A DNA stretch of 62,616 nt, counting the filler, from Choristocarpus tenellus KU-1152 (lineage: Eukaryota; Protista; Phaeophyceae): NCBI GenBank assembly GCA_964200185.2. It is 8 parts of 8 records of this genome, joined end to end, with 100 filler letters (N's around TTAATTAATTAA, not from the genome) between each part and the next. Parts side by side here need not be neighbours in the genome. Positions count along the whole stretch, not along the records: positions 34,166 to 41,263 come from CAXNAD020006701.1; positions 41,364 to 49,917 come from CAXNAD020004590.1; 6 more parts are not named here. One strand, 5' to 3'. The notes under the pieces were generated by a model. The model was given only the letters and a program-made list of their open reading frames with translations, was not told where the DNA came from and ran no database searches. Positions 37,942 through 50,017 of this stretch are shown here, piece by piece (within the stretch, counting starts at the first letter, position 1; each line of letters begins with the position of its first letter). The translations under genes and the position numbers were made by a program.

Positions 37942-39293
37942 TTACCACTACAGCAATCATGTCAAAAATGGATCTTCATGCAAGATCAAACGCAAAAGCA
38001 TCAATAGAATGTAGGTAGGTATGTAGACGTTTATTTGTACAATTTGGTCAGTTCTTTCGTTGGCAGGGAATACTCAGGGACCGTCACAGCCTTTGTCTTC
38101 AACGTGACTGAGCCGTACTTGGTGGAGATTGTAGCCATTTTAAAGTCTTACCCGGTCTTTTCCCATGAGGAATCCGATTATTCCCATGAGGAATCCGATT
38201 ATTTCTAACACATCTATCTTGACTTCTCTCAGGACAAATCAAGAAGCAAACAAACCATTTGTTGCCCTTCAACAGAAGGGTGGAAAATGACATAACAGAA
38301 ATTGGTAGCATACACCACTAGCGTAGATTTTGACATAAAGTAAAAAAATATGTTTTTAAAGTAAACTCATAGGTCAGACAAATCAGTTTACAAGAGTCAA
38401 ATTTCGTTGACAGGCATACCTAGCTCTGTTGATTGCATATGTGGAGTAGAGAATGAACAATCTGTAGTAGGGAAGATGCCAGAGAGAGGAGAGGAGGGGT
38501 CCAAGAGGAAAGAAAATTAGGGAAAGGGGTTACTGTTGTAGAATCAATAGACCAAAAAAAAAGCATTACATGCAAACTCAAGCAGACATAAACCCGTGCC
38601 AAGACTGGGATCCTTCAAGATCACTTGAGCTCAGCATAAAGAGGTGGACTTCCTACAGTGTATATTCTCGAAGACAACATGGAAGGTAATTGTACCACCA
38701 GGGTCATTGAAATGAAGCTTGATGGATACCACTCACTGGAGTAATATCGAGTATGTTGAAGGAAGGATAGTTAATGCAAAATTATCATGTGTTCACCAGA
38801 GCTCTCTGAAGTACGTTATATGAGAGAATAAACTGAAGATATGTTCGACAATATTAGACTTGGACCAAATTGTTCAATCCAATCAAAAGTTACCGAATCT
38901 TCCTGAGTAGGAGTGCAACTGTACATAGCTAGACCTTATTGAACAATTCTAGTGTTTTTGTGCTGGATTGAAAGATTCTCAAGGTTGACATTGCCCCACT
39001 TAAATTAACAGCCACTGCAAAGTGGAGATATAAATAAACGGACACATAAGTGTGTATGGTGTATGGTTGCAGTTCAACTGGACGTGTCTGATGTATAATC
39101 TACTACTTCAGCCCCTTGTATAGTTGACCATGGTGCAGTTACAAGTACAGGACACCATGTTCTAGAACAGGACCATTAATGGGTGTCACAATAAATGGGG
39201 GTCACAGCTGCAAGGATAACATTATGATAATGCGCTAGAGAGGAGGTGTCCCTCACAGATATGCTGTCGCCTGAATTTGTCAGAAGCAACAAA

Positions 39294-41263
39294 TTATCTT
39301 GCAGCAGAACATGCATCACACTTTAGAAGCAACAGAGCATATGCATTTCCTTCCTCCCCCAAGCAGCTCACCCGACCATTGCCCTTCCCCCTTGGTCCAT
39401 TGTAAGGCTTTATCTGACCCCCCACTCCCCCCAATGCCAATTCATCGCTGGCTTCCACTTTTGCAAGATTCCCCACACACTGCAGCTTGGTATGACATAA
39501 CTCATCATCTGGGACATCCGCTGAGAGTATAGGAAGAGTGGTGGGTTCTATTTTGGGGGGCACCTCACTACCTCCCTTGGCATTTACATAACACTTGTCA
39601 CACACCAACAGGAGCAAACGACATCTGCAGAGTCAATGCACAAGGTTGAGGATCAAGGTGTTTAAAGGCATGGACTGATGTCAAAGAGAAATCAGAGCAC
39701 CTCATACAAGTGCTGACAATCGAGTTCAGGCACATGGATAACGGATGCCAACAAAAAAAACATAATAGAAGAGCTCCCCAGTTTAGAACCACTCTTGAAA
39801 TGATTTGATTGGATTTTTTGGTTGATGTGAAAATATTCAGTACACAAATTTCAGAACATTGGTGCGACTACTATTATGCCTCCTGATCCCCCCTTACAAA
39901 CCTGTGGCAGCGGCAACGGTGGCCATAGTCATCCCAAGGCTGCTGACATAAAGTGCAGCGACCCACCACAACACCACCTGCAGGTACCTCGGGAACAGAT
40001 AACCTGCAAGGTTTGGGGGTAGATGTTGCATATCTTAATTCTAGCAACAAAAGAGCAAGTCCAATTGAATCTCATAAAAACATAGTACTGGTGCTCTCAC
40101 GAGCCCAACCTTAACTACAACCAATAGAAAGGTCTAGTACTGTACTGAAGTGTGTGTAGGATATCTTCTGTTGAAATCAGTAATGTCCTCGCTCTGAGGG
40201 TCGCCTGTGTCTCTGTTTATTTCCTTCCTAGAAATGCAGGCAATTAATTTACTCCCCACCAACCTCTCATCAAAAACAAAGTTTTTTCCATGGAAAAAAC
40301 CTTTCTCAGGAAAGGCTTGGAGGTATCGTTCTATACCCCCAGACAGTTGCACCACATCCTGAAACTCCTTGCCCCTGGCCATTATCAGAGCTGATGCCTT
40401 CTCACACCGAACTCCCCCAGTGCAGTACATGAGGATTTTTCTGTTCCTATGCACCTCATGGCCACATAATAAAGGGGGGAAAATAGAAGAGTTGTTGGAA
40501 TATGAAAGCATCCCTGCTTAGGGGGAGGGGGGGTCAACTATATTGAACATCAGCCTGCTTATAGTGGTGGTCTCTCCACAGAACACAACTGTTTATATAC
40601 ACTTGCAAGCCTGGAAATACATATATGCCGGGAAATGCTCACCTGAGAGAAGTGAGGTTAGCATCAACCCACTCGGGCAGGTCAGAGAACTGTCGAGTAT
40701 TGGGGTCCAGCCTCTCCACCCCACCCACACTAACCAATTTCACAATTCAAAACCAAGTAGGAGGGGAGAGAGGTTACTGTCAATAATGATTTGAGCGGTT
40801 TTGTGGCTAGAGGAATTGATGGACTAGGAGCAACTTGCAGTGAGATACACAGCACTTGCAATGGCACAGAGACGAACTCCCTGGTGTGTGTGCCTTGGGT
40901 GAGAGCAAGTATATGATAGTCCAGTCCCGCCCATGATGAACCTCCTTACACCTTGAACAATACTATTCAATCCTGTGCATGGACTCTCAAGTCCATACCA
41001 TACTAGTCGAGCTGACGGGATGTACATAGCACATACGTAACTCACCTGAAGTGTCCAATACGTGTTTCATACACATTTCGCACGTCCAACAGGACCACCT
41101 CTTTACCCCCATGCAATCCACCCCAGACAGTCTCTTCCTCATTCTCCTCCTCCGCCACCTCTACCTTCACCTCCCCCCCCACCCCCCCGTCCCTCCTTTG
41201 GTTCTGGCACCCCCACCCAGGGGCTTCAACATTCTCATTTGTCCACAACCTTCTTTTAAATGA
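39294..41263 (-). CDS. TSTD2/TrhO(YceA)-like rhodanese-domain protein, 5' end missing; exons <41263-41046, 40729-40643, 40446-40264, 40003-39902, 39624-39294
   Basis: [64 protein letters not shown] and a Cys-rich Rhodanese_C region ([30 protein letters not shown]). All introns are GT-AG, phase 2. Confidence 0.92.
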
Positions 41264-41363
41264 NNNNNNNNNNNNNNNNNNNNNNNNNNNNNNNNNNNNN
41301 NNNNNNNTTAATTAATTAANNNNNNNNNNNNNNNNNNNNNNNNNNNNNNNNNNNNNNNNNNNN
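41264..41363. other. Artificial contig linker
   Basis: N44-TTAATTAATTAA-N44. Confidence 0.98.
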
Positions 41364-42007
41364 GGGGGGGGAGAGGTTTCCAAGTTATAATACGATTAGC
41401 ATCACTATTCTTAAAAGAAAAAAAAGGGCTCAATTTGGTTCACGTTCTCAGTTAAGTCCAAAACACAAACCAAAGGTAAGAGATGCCGCACAACCTGTAC
41501 CGACAAATGTAGTGGGGATGGGGATGGGGATGGGGATGGAAAAAACCGGATGCATTGTACTGTGGTTGCTGATGCTTGGAAGGCGTTGTGAAGGTTGATC
41601 GATAATAAAAAAAGATGAAAAAAATACCAATGCTTCAAACGTTGAAGAGCACCAAGGTCAGTACGCCACATGGGTGACCCCTCCTTGTTGTCCTTAGGCT
41701 CACCCCCCCCCCCCCCCCCCCCCCCCCTCCTCCCCTTCTCCCCACATATATATACTATNNNNNNNNNNTTGTAAGAGCACCCGAGCTGTACCCCCCGGTG
41801 GTGCCCCCCCCTTCTTTTTCCTAATCGCCCCCCCCCCCCCCCCCCCCCCTCTCTCTACAGGTTCCCAATCGATAAATAATAGTTGTCGTAGTAATAGTGA
41901 TAGTAGTAGGGTTAGGGATAGGGTTCATGATTTCGGCTCTTGGTTGCTGACCACACTAATAGTAAGTGTTGGTGTCTCTCTGGCATTTCTATGTTCAGTA
42001 ATATTAT

Positions 42008-42042
<35 letters not shown>
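42008..42042. repeat. (TAC)n microsatellite
   Basis: About 11-12 tandem TAC units. Confidence 0.9.
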
Positions 42043-42043
<1 letters not shown>

Positions 42044-42470
42044 AACAACTAATATTTAGTAATAATACTAATAATATTGATAGTGCCCAAGTAAAAAAAA
42101 TAAATCACAAGCCCATTGATGGGAATGAAAAAGAATAGGCTACTACAAATTGGGATTAAGTATTGTAGGATATCAACACTACTGTACAAGGTGACTTATC
42201 GAATGACTGTTAAGTTCTAGTAGTGCCATAGCTGGTACTTTGGACTAGAGTTTTTTTGAAGAAAAGGTTAATCAGAGTACGTAGCCATACTTCCAACCAC
42301 CTGACTTGCCCTGACCCTAACCCTTCTTCTTTGAAGTAGTAATTACAATCATTGTACTAAAAAAGAATGTGCAGTCAGGTACTCAATTCAATATTCATAT
42401 TATTATACTACTTGAAAAAAAAAAGAAGTATGACCTGTGAGCGACGACGATGCAGTGTATTCAAGCACGA

Positions 42471-42610
42471 CAATAGGGTGTACCTCATCTTGTCAATGTC
42501 ATAGCTGCGTAGAGTCAAAACCAACCACAATAGGGTGTACCTCATCTTGTCAATGTCATAGCAGCGTAGAGTCAAAACAAACAACAACAGGGTGTACCTC
42601 ATCTTGTCAA
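42471..42610. repeat. 57-bp tandem repeat, ~2.5 copies
   Basis: CAATAGGGTGTACCTCATCTTGTCAATGTCATAGC.GCGTAGAGTCAAAAC.AAC.A repeats with period 57. Confidence 0.88.
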
Positions 42611-43445
42611 CAGCTAGAAACAGTGTCAGGGATAGGGTTAAACCTACGAAGAAAAAATTAGACAACCAAACTGGATCAAAACGATACCAACAACGGTGCT
42701 CTAGAGTGCTCTAGAGCGACAAACAGACTCCAGTGCCGTGAAGTGAAACGATCTACATAACAGTAACGGTTAAATCTTCTCTGAAAAACTCCAGTGTGCT
42801 CCAGAGCACTCCAGCTACAATAAAAGATAAAAAAAAATCGTGCGAGGAGTACCGAGGACCGCAGGGGCAGCATGCACAAATGCACAAAAATAATAAAAAT
42901 TGTGATGCAATTGGATAGTGAGATTCATTTTGATTGAATCTATGATTCTCAACACCGTTCAGGGCAATACATGTATACATGCAGATATATAGAGTTGATT
43001 GAGTGTTTTAACATGTACAGCTCTTGACATCAGTCAGTGCAAATTATTAGCAAATAGCATGTACACCAAATATACACAAATACAAATTATTACACCTATG
43101 ACAATCACGGACTGTTTTGACACAAACATTACTTAGGTACCTCTTACTCCCACTAAACCACAGAAACGAAAATATGTAAGAAAAAAGTATAAAAAAAGAT
43201 CTACAATCTACAATCTACCACCTACCATCTACAACCTAGGGACACATGCATGCAGAAAGAGTCTTTTAAGGGGGTTGACCACACACCAACAGAGCAATCT
43301 CAGGTCATCCATCCTGAAGAAAGTTGTGTGAGGTCATGTTCTGTCTCCCAACACTAAAGGTGTGCAGAGGTGCAAATTGCAACAAGATTACTGATCGGTC
43401 AATATATATATTTTTTTCACACAATTTGATTCTTCGCTACTGAGA

Positions 43446-43642
43446 CATATATACACATCATAAATAATAATAATAGTGCAAGAAGAAAAAAGTACAACAA
43501 ATATACACATATATACATATCATAAATAATAATAATAATAGTACAAGAAGAAAAAAGTACAACAAATATACACATATATACATAACATAAATAATAATAA
43601 TAATACAAGAAGAAAAAAGTACAACAAATATACACATATATA
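43446..43642. repeat. AT-rich tandem repeat of ~62-65 bp, 3 copies
   Basis: CATAAATAATAAT...CAAGAAGAAAAAAGTACAACAAATATACACATATATA occurs three times. Confidence 0.88.
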
Positions 43643-44310
43643 AACGCATGTATGAATGTATGTATGAGATAAAAAAAATACAACATAACCTCCAGAGAGA
43701 AACCCTGATAAAAAGAAGAGTGTAGAGCGTAGAGTGACTGTAGGTTTGAAGCGTAGGGTGTAGCATCTCTTTTAGAGACAGCAGCCATACACATACCAGG
43801 ACAAAGAGGGGTTGATCTTGGTTAGGGTTAGGGTTAGGGTTAGTACTGGACAAATCCGCAACCATTGACAGCACTCAGAAGATATACCCTATTCTGTCCC
43901 TCAACCCCACGATTCTAACTCCGCAGAAACTGGAAATTTCCTGGATCATTCTGCAGCCCAGCAAAAATGGACGCTCTCATTTCCTCAGGGACACACACAC
44001 ACACACACACAAACAAACACACCAACACACTCAACAAAAAATATGAAAAAATGTGCACAGCAAGACAGTACTACACACTCGTAGTACCGCATCAACATCG
44101 CCTCTTCAGATACTAAGAAACCCACGAACCGCATGTTGGTGCTAACACAGCCAATCTTCGGTCCAAGCAGCTCCCCAAGGTCCACAAGTCCTTCCATGTC
44201 TGAAGGCAGTACGGTCACGTTCACAGCTCCAGTGTGCTCTCCATTAGCAAAGAGGGTGAGCAAGCATGGTTCACTGACACAGATGGAGGGAGGAATCTCC
44301 ACAGCAGTGG

Positions 44311-44357
<47 letters not shown>

Positions 44358-44430
44358 GTTTCTCTTTTACTTAGCCTATCCCTGTCTTCCCCCTCCTCCC
44401 CGACCCCCCTTCCCGCCTTCNNNNNNNNNN

Positions 44431-44463
<33 letters not shown>

Positions 44464-45330
44464 ATGATGATGATGCACGAGGAGGACGAGGCATGACAAA
44501 AATTAAAAAAACAATGACGGCCGAGAAAAGCAACGACATCAGAACAGTCACGGAAAGTTCTTCAACAGAGTTGATTTGCACGCCTTCTGGGAGGAGTGTA
44601 GGGTATCACAGCACTGTGACACTAGTAGGTGTATCACATCATACAGTAGGAATAAAATAAAATACGAGGTCTACCGTAGGTAGGTAGCCTGGCAGCAACC
44701 CAGGACCAAGACAAGAACTCTTTGAAAGAAAGAACAAAAAAAAAGGCAGACAGATAGAACAAAACAGTCGGGACGATATCGAAATCGCCGTTCTACAAGG
44801 TTAGGGTTAGGGATCTTTGAGGTGAAGCGACTCAAGTCACACGGTTGAAAAAAAAAATCATGATCAATCAACCCCCCCCCCCCCAAAAAAAAATAATATA
44901 ATAGAATAACAACAAAAGTAAAAAGAGCTACCAAAACACTGAAGCATACATAAAANNNNNNNNNNGATGAAAAAAAGAGTAGTCCGGAGCTCCCCCCCCC
45001 CCCCCCCCCAAATATATATATATATATATAGCAACACAAAACGTATACAGTACTACACACACACTGATCCATACATATAAAATAATAAGAATAATGTTGG
45101 TGCTAGAATAGGTACAAAAAGGTTTCCCTTTTCCACCCTAGCCCTAACCCCAGCCACCAAGAGGCCACCTCAGTGTAGTCATCGCCTAAGAAAAAAAACA
45201 ACTCAAAGAGTCAAGGCGCAGCACTTGTTAACAGAATCGGATGAATAACTCAAGGTCCGAAGTGGTCAAGGTCCAATTCAGGTGTCACTCACGTTTTCAT
45301 TCAGTGGAGGTTAACCTCAATCATTCTCTT

Positions 45331-45381
45331 GGGTTAGGGTTAGGGTTAGGGTTAGGGTTAGGGTTAGGGTTAGGGTTAGGG
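45331..45381 (+). repeat. Interstitial telomere-type (TTAGGG)n array
   Basis: About eight perfect TTAGGG units. A shorter array lies at 43821-43843. Confidence 0.9.
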
Positions 45382-46807
45382 CTTGGGTTCAAAAGATGAA
45401 ATAAAGAGAAAACTGAGTGTGGACCGTCCATGCCAGTACCACAAAAAAAAAAGAATCAAGCAAAAAAAAGTATTTTCAAATTTGAAGAACTTTCTTTCCC
45501 TTCGCTTCCCTTCCCCTCCTCCCTGTGCTGCTACTTGTGTCAAAGGGTGTGGATGCGTATCACAACAAGATGAATGATAGTAAAAATGCCTTCCAAGGAG
45601 TACAGTACCTGTTCAGGAAAGAATAAAAAAAGAAAATCCTGCACCAGGGAAAGCGCATCCATCTTGCCTCAAGGTGTTTTGAAACAGAATTCAAAAAGTT
45701 GTTGACCGCACTTATACATCCATGAGATAGGCAAGGTATACACATTCACCACATGTTCTTCTCTGTCTTCTTCACGAATCATGTCCCGTTTTTCTTTGCT
45801 ATTTTTACACCCCCCCAATATATCATTCCTGCAGTATGACGCACTCCCTTCTAACCTTTTTCGGTGTGCAATGTAACGCGAAGCACCAAAAAATGACTTC
45901 CTCGTCTTAGTGCTCATGATTCAAATTGGCAATATAACGTTTGGCTGTTCCATGCTGGGCCAAAGGCTTGTTATGCAATGGAATTGGATCTGTTTTGAAT
46001 TCCCCTGCCAAGAAACCATCGTAGCATTTGCTGCTTCAAAGTTCGTGTTCTTCTACTTCCGACTTGTCTCTGCCAGTAGTACACTTGCCTGACTCAACTT
46101 TGGCAGGCGATCTGCCGCCGACAAAGCGCCCCACGAACTTATCCAAACCAATAGCTCGCAATACCTACCCACAGGGGGGGGAAAGAGAATTAATAGGGGT
46201 TATAGGCAGCTTGGCAGGATGATGCATTTGTGGTGTTGTCCAGATCATCATGTAGTTGTTCGGCCTTGGCAGTTACAGGTAATGGTACTCATGGCAAGTG
46301 GATGTAACAGAAAATGACTTCTAGAGCCATGGGGAGCATAGTGAAGATGTGATCCGATCATTTTCAAACTGGGGTCCTCTTGTCATGGAGGTCAGTTGAG
46401 CTTTGGTCACAGAGCATCGATTCTTCAGTTGTGCTCGAGACATGAGAGAGTCAACAAAACATGGAAATACCGAGTCCAACAATACGTGATACCGGATGTT
46501 ACTTCCAAAATCTTCGAGTGCAAGGAAGAATCACAATCGAGGACAGCATAGATGGCGTTCATATGCTATGGGAAACCTTCATCTGGAGTGGTCGTGACAT
46601 GATGTCTGATGATCATCCCTGAGAGCCAGTACAACAGCAAGACCACAGTCTCCATCAGGACTGAACTCCAAGGAATGAACCTTGATGAGGAATATTCAGT
46701 TAGAAGACACGCTGTGATCCTAGCACAATCCCGCCAGAGAATCAATGGGACGTGTAGCACACTATGTGGGTTGTGGAACGAACCACAATTCAAAGGGACA
46801 CGCTTAC

Positions 46808-46972
46808 CTGCTCCCCAGGTCCAGTCGAATACATGAAGGCCACCGCGATCCCAGCGATAAGACCCCCGAGTTGCCATCGGAAATTCTTAGCCAGTGTAGG
46901 AGATTCTACGTTACGCTTCTCCTTGGCTACAGCCTTAGACGATTTCCCCGTCCCCTTCTTTGCGGGGGGCAT
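46808..46972 (-). CDS. First exon of a putative type-II membrane-anchored protein (possible later exon near 44310-44130)
   Basis: MPPAKKGTGKSSKAVAKEKRNVESPTLAKNFRWQLGGLIAGIAVAFMYSTGPGEQ is followed by a perfect CAG|GTAAG donor. Basic N-terminus plus one hydrophobic helix. Confidence 0.6.
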
Positions 46973-47501
46973 GGTGACAACAACCCCAATTCGACAGAAG
47001 GAAGAATTGCACAGTCTCGGCTAAGCAGGCACACCAAGGATAACTTTGAATCACGGCTACCCAGCCAGTATCAACAGTCTAGTTGCATCACAAGAACTCG
47101 TCCTGTGCTGTACCTGATGGAGGTTTATCGTACCTCTACAAGTCCAACATTTCTTGCCACCCTTGGATTTCTGTTACTCGTAGAATATATAGCCCTAACC
47201 CTAACATTCCAACTTTTTGAAATCATGTATATGAGAGGTTTGACAAGAAACAATGCATCTTCACCCCCTCCTGGCTCAGCAGCCTCTCGCAGGGCCCCTT
47301 CTAGGAAACGACTTGCTTTTCGCGGTGGAGGAGAAGAAAAATAACTTGTGGTGTACGTCCAGGTTTGAACGGCATTGCCATTTCCCTCTGTCGCAGCCCT
47401 CGTTGTTCGCTGGTTGGAGTCCAGTGTGCAGGAGTGCCTGGGTCTGTAGCGTAGGTAGACGGCAAGCGAGCCCGTGGTCGTGTGGTACTTTGGAACAAAG
47501 C

Positions 47502-49652
47502 ATGGGAAGCGATTTTAATGGAATATCTGGGGTGATGGGCGGATCAGGGGCAGAGGAAATGCGACGGGGGGAAGGTGAGGATGGGAGGAGAGAGGCGCAA
47601 GTTGGGGAAGGACCTAGGACACACAAGGATCTGACCCTTGTCTTCTGTCGAAGGGAGGGGAAGGAGGGGAAGAAAGAGATTCTCCTGGGAAAGAAAAAAC
47701 GAGGCTTCGGCGAGGGAAAGTGGAACGGTGAGGTTGAAGACTTTTTACTGATGATCACATCACTCAACTATTCATCACACAAAAACACGTATTCTTAGCT
47801 GGCTGTGTTCACTCGTCTGGCCAACGACAGGTTTCGGAGGCAAGGTAGAGGCTGGGGAGACTATCGTGGAAGCTTCGTGTCGAGAGCTCCTGGAAGAGTC
47901 TCACCTCACTGCACACCAAGAAAATCTATCCAAGCGGGGACTGCTGACATTCCATGTTCCGTCCTACCCCACGGTCATGGTGAGCCGCCATCGATGGTAC
48001 AATAAACGGGAAAATGCCCAATTGTCCACTACTGCGATACCTTATCCTCCCAAACATCGTATTGACACTATGGTAAAAGCGTTTGTGTAGAGGCGAATAG
48101 CTTAGTTTGGTCTTCTGTTGTCCATTGCCTATCGCCTTCAAGGCGCCGACTTCATATAGTAATCGATATTTGACCTTGTCGATGTCGCACCATCATAGTA
48201 GTGGGAAACCTTTAGCTTCTCCCCTCTCTATAGCCTCCAAGATTCACTCAATATTCTTTTGCATGTGCTATCTCTTCGCTTGCAAGTAAATCTCTGAACA
48301 GAAATCACACAAAATCCTTTCTTCAACATGAACTCCACCACCGACTGCCGTAGTATTCCTCACCTTACCTTTTCCCACTAACATTCGTTTGTCATAGTGT
48401 TATAATCCTTCTATACACATGCTTGACCTACAAGATGGTGCATCACATAGAGGGTATTGAAGTGGCACTTGGTGTGTTCTGTCTGTTGGTGCTTGATGCG
48501 TTAGAAACAATGTGTTGATGGGATTGTCAGACTGCTTCAATACATAAAAATATAGATAGATAGATTGATAGATATATATGCACTTTCAACCACCATAGTC
48601 AATTGAAAATATGGATATTTAGTTGGCCTTGTTTAAGAGTCAGACCTGAACATTTGAGACTATCTGGTTCGACAGGGGTGTTACTGTAGAACAACAATGG
48701 TGGTTAGTGAAACAAGATTGTGGTCCAAGAACCAAGGTGTTTGTAATATAAGGAGGCCTTTCATCTCCCTTCAGTACTGTGGTGATCGTCTGTTTTGCGT
48801 TTTTGTGATGACTGACTGTACAGGTTTTATTACTATGTTGTCAGGCGTGTTGTACTACGATAGGGACACCGCAACATTTCTCACATGAAGATATTATACT
48901 AGTATTACGAATAGGTTATTGATTTTTCCTGATTTGATTGATTTGATGCCTCTGATTTGAGCTGCAACTATCAACCATCAATTAAATCAGTTGATGACTG
49001 ATGGTGATGGCAGAGCTGGTATGATTAGGTCAGATGAAGGGCTAGCAGACACCACCAACCGATCAATCTGCTCTCAATTACTCCCACACATGGCGGTTGG
49101 TCCACTTCTCTCTTATGTTGCCATATTTTTTTTTGTTGCGGTATAAAAAAAACTATATATATATTTTTTAATTCTATATTTGATGTTCTTGTTGGCACAC
49201 CGCTTTCTTTTTTCTTATTCTTTGCCCTTTCTCTTTTTTTTTTCAATGACAGTTTCGTCTGGGATGAGGTTAGGGGCCCCGCAGACTGAACCTAATAAAG
49301 ATTCCACCATATAGCTTACATCCCTACTTCCATGCACAAAAGTACCCATACAGTGTGAGCGGGGGTATATCTTGTACTTGGCACACACTTCAAGAAACAA
49401 ACCTTAGCATTAATTCAAGGTTCAGTTTGCTAAAACTTAGTGAGCTCTCTGAAATTCCCAGATAACCCAGTGCATAGAACCCAAGCAGGTGTTGACCACC
49501 ACTATACTCCTAGTCTTATGTTGCTTTTACTTTCTGTGACAAACCAATGGCAGCGTGTCCATGTGTTTGAAGTATTGACATTTGAAGGTACAGCAATGGA
49601 GTCAGAGGAGATGCTGCCAAAATGGTACGGTGAGGGGGACCTCCCATTCGAG
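47502..49652 (+). CDS. NUDT1: Nudix 8-oxo-dGTPase NUDT1/MTH1, 3' end missing; exons 47502-47727, 47831-47979, 49554-49652
   Basis: LTLVF...ILLGKKKRGFGEGKWNG|FGGKVEAGETIVEASCRELLEESHL (MTH1 Nudix box) ...RVHVF...FEG...ESEEMLPKWY...LPF. Splice phases are consistent. The last exon lies beyond the contig end. Confidence 0.92.
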
Positions 49653-49917
49653 GTATGTTCATAGCATAGCCTTACACATAGTCCTTTTTGCTTTTTAAAA
49701 CTATGACCCTAACCCTAACAATTTTGTCTACGTCATGGCATTACTCTATTACTGTATTACTGTATTGCTATGAGAAAAAAAGTCATGACTGCATATATAT
49801 ATGCCAGGTTCTATTTTATTTTTTTGTAGTAGTGCAGGTTAGGGTTAGGGTACCCCCCCACCAACCCCCTCATTTTGGGGGCGACGGAGACGTTTGATTG
49901 GTTGTGGAAACCAGTCG

Positions 49918-50017
49918 NNNNNNNNNNNNNNNNNNNNNNNNNNNNNNNNNNNNNNNNNNNNTTAATTAATTAANNNNNNNNNNNNNNNNNNNNNNNNNNN
50001 NNNNNNNNNNNNNNNNN
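49918..50017. other. Artificial contig linker
   Basis: N44-TTAATTAATTAA-N44. Confidence 0.98.

Noticed and set aside
29997-41263. Functional clustering of tRNA genes with the TrhO-like tRNA-modification gene
   Set aside because: They lie on different contigs separated by an artificial linker.
42471-43642. Tandem repeats as a CRISPR-like array
   Set aside because: The units are directly adjacent with no unique spacers, there are no cas genes, and the context is eukaryotic.
43417-45072. Long hydrophobic, poly-K or poly-F ORFs
   Set aside because: They are artefacts of microsatellites, homopolymer runs and N gaps.
45331-45381. A true chromosome end
   Set aside because: The array is short and has unique sequence on both sides within the contig.
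8198-50017. Recurrent palindromic TTAATTAATTAA as a biological repeat or att site
   Set aside because: It is always centred in exactly 44+44 Ns. It is a six-frame-stop linker added when contigs were concatenated.
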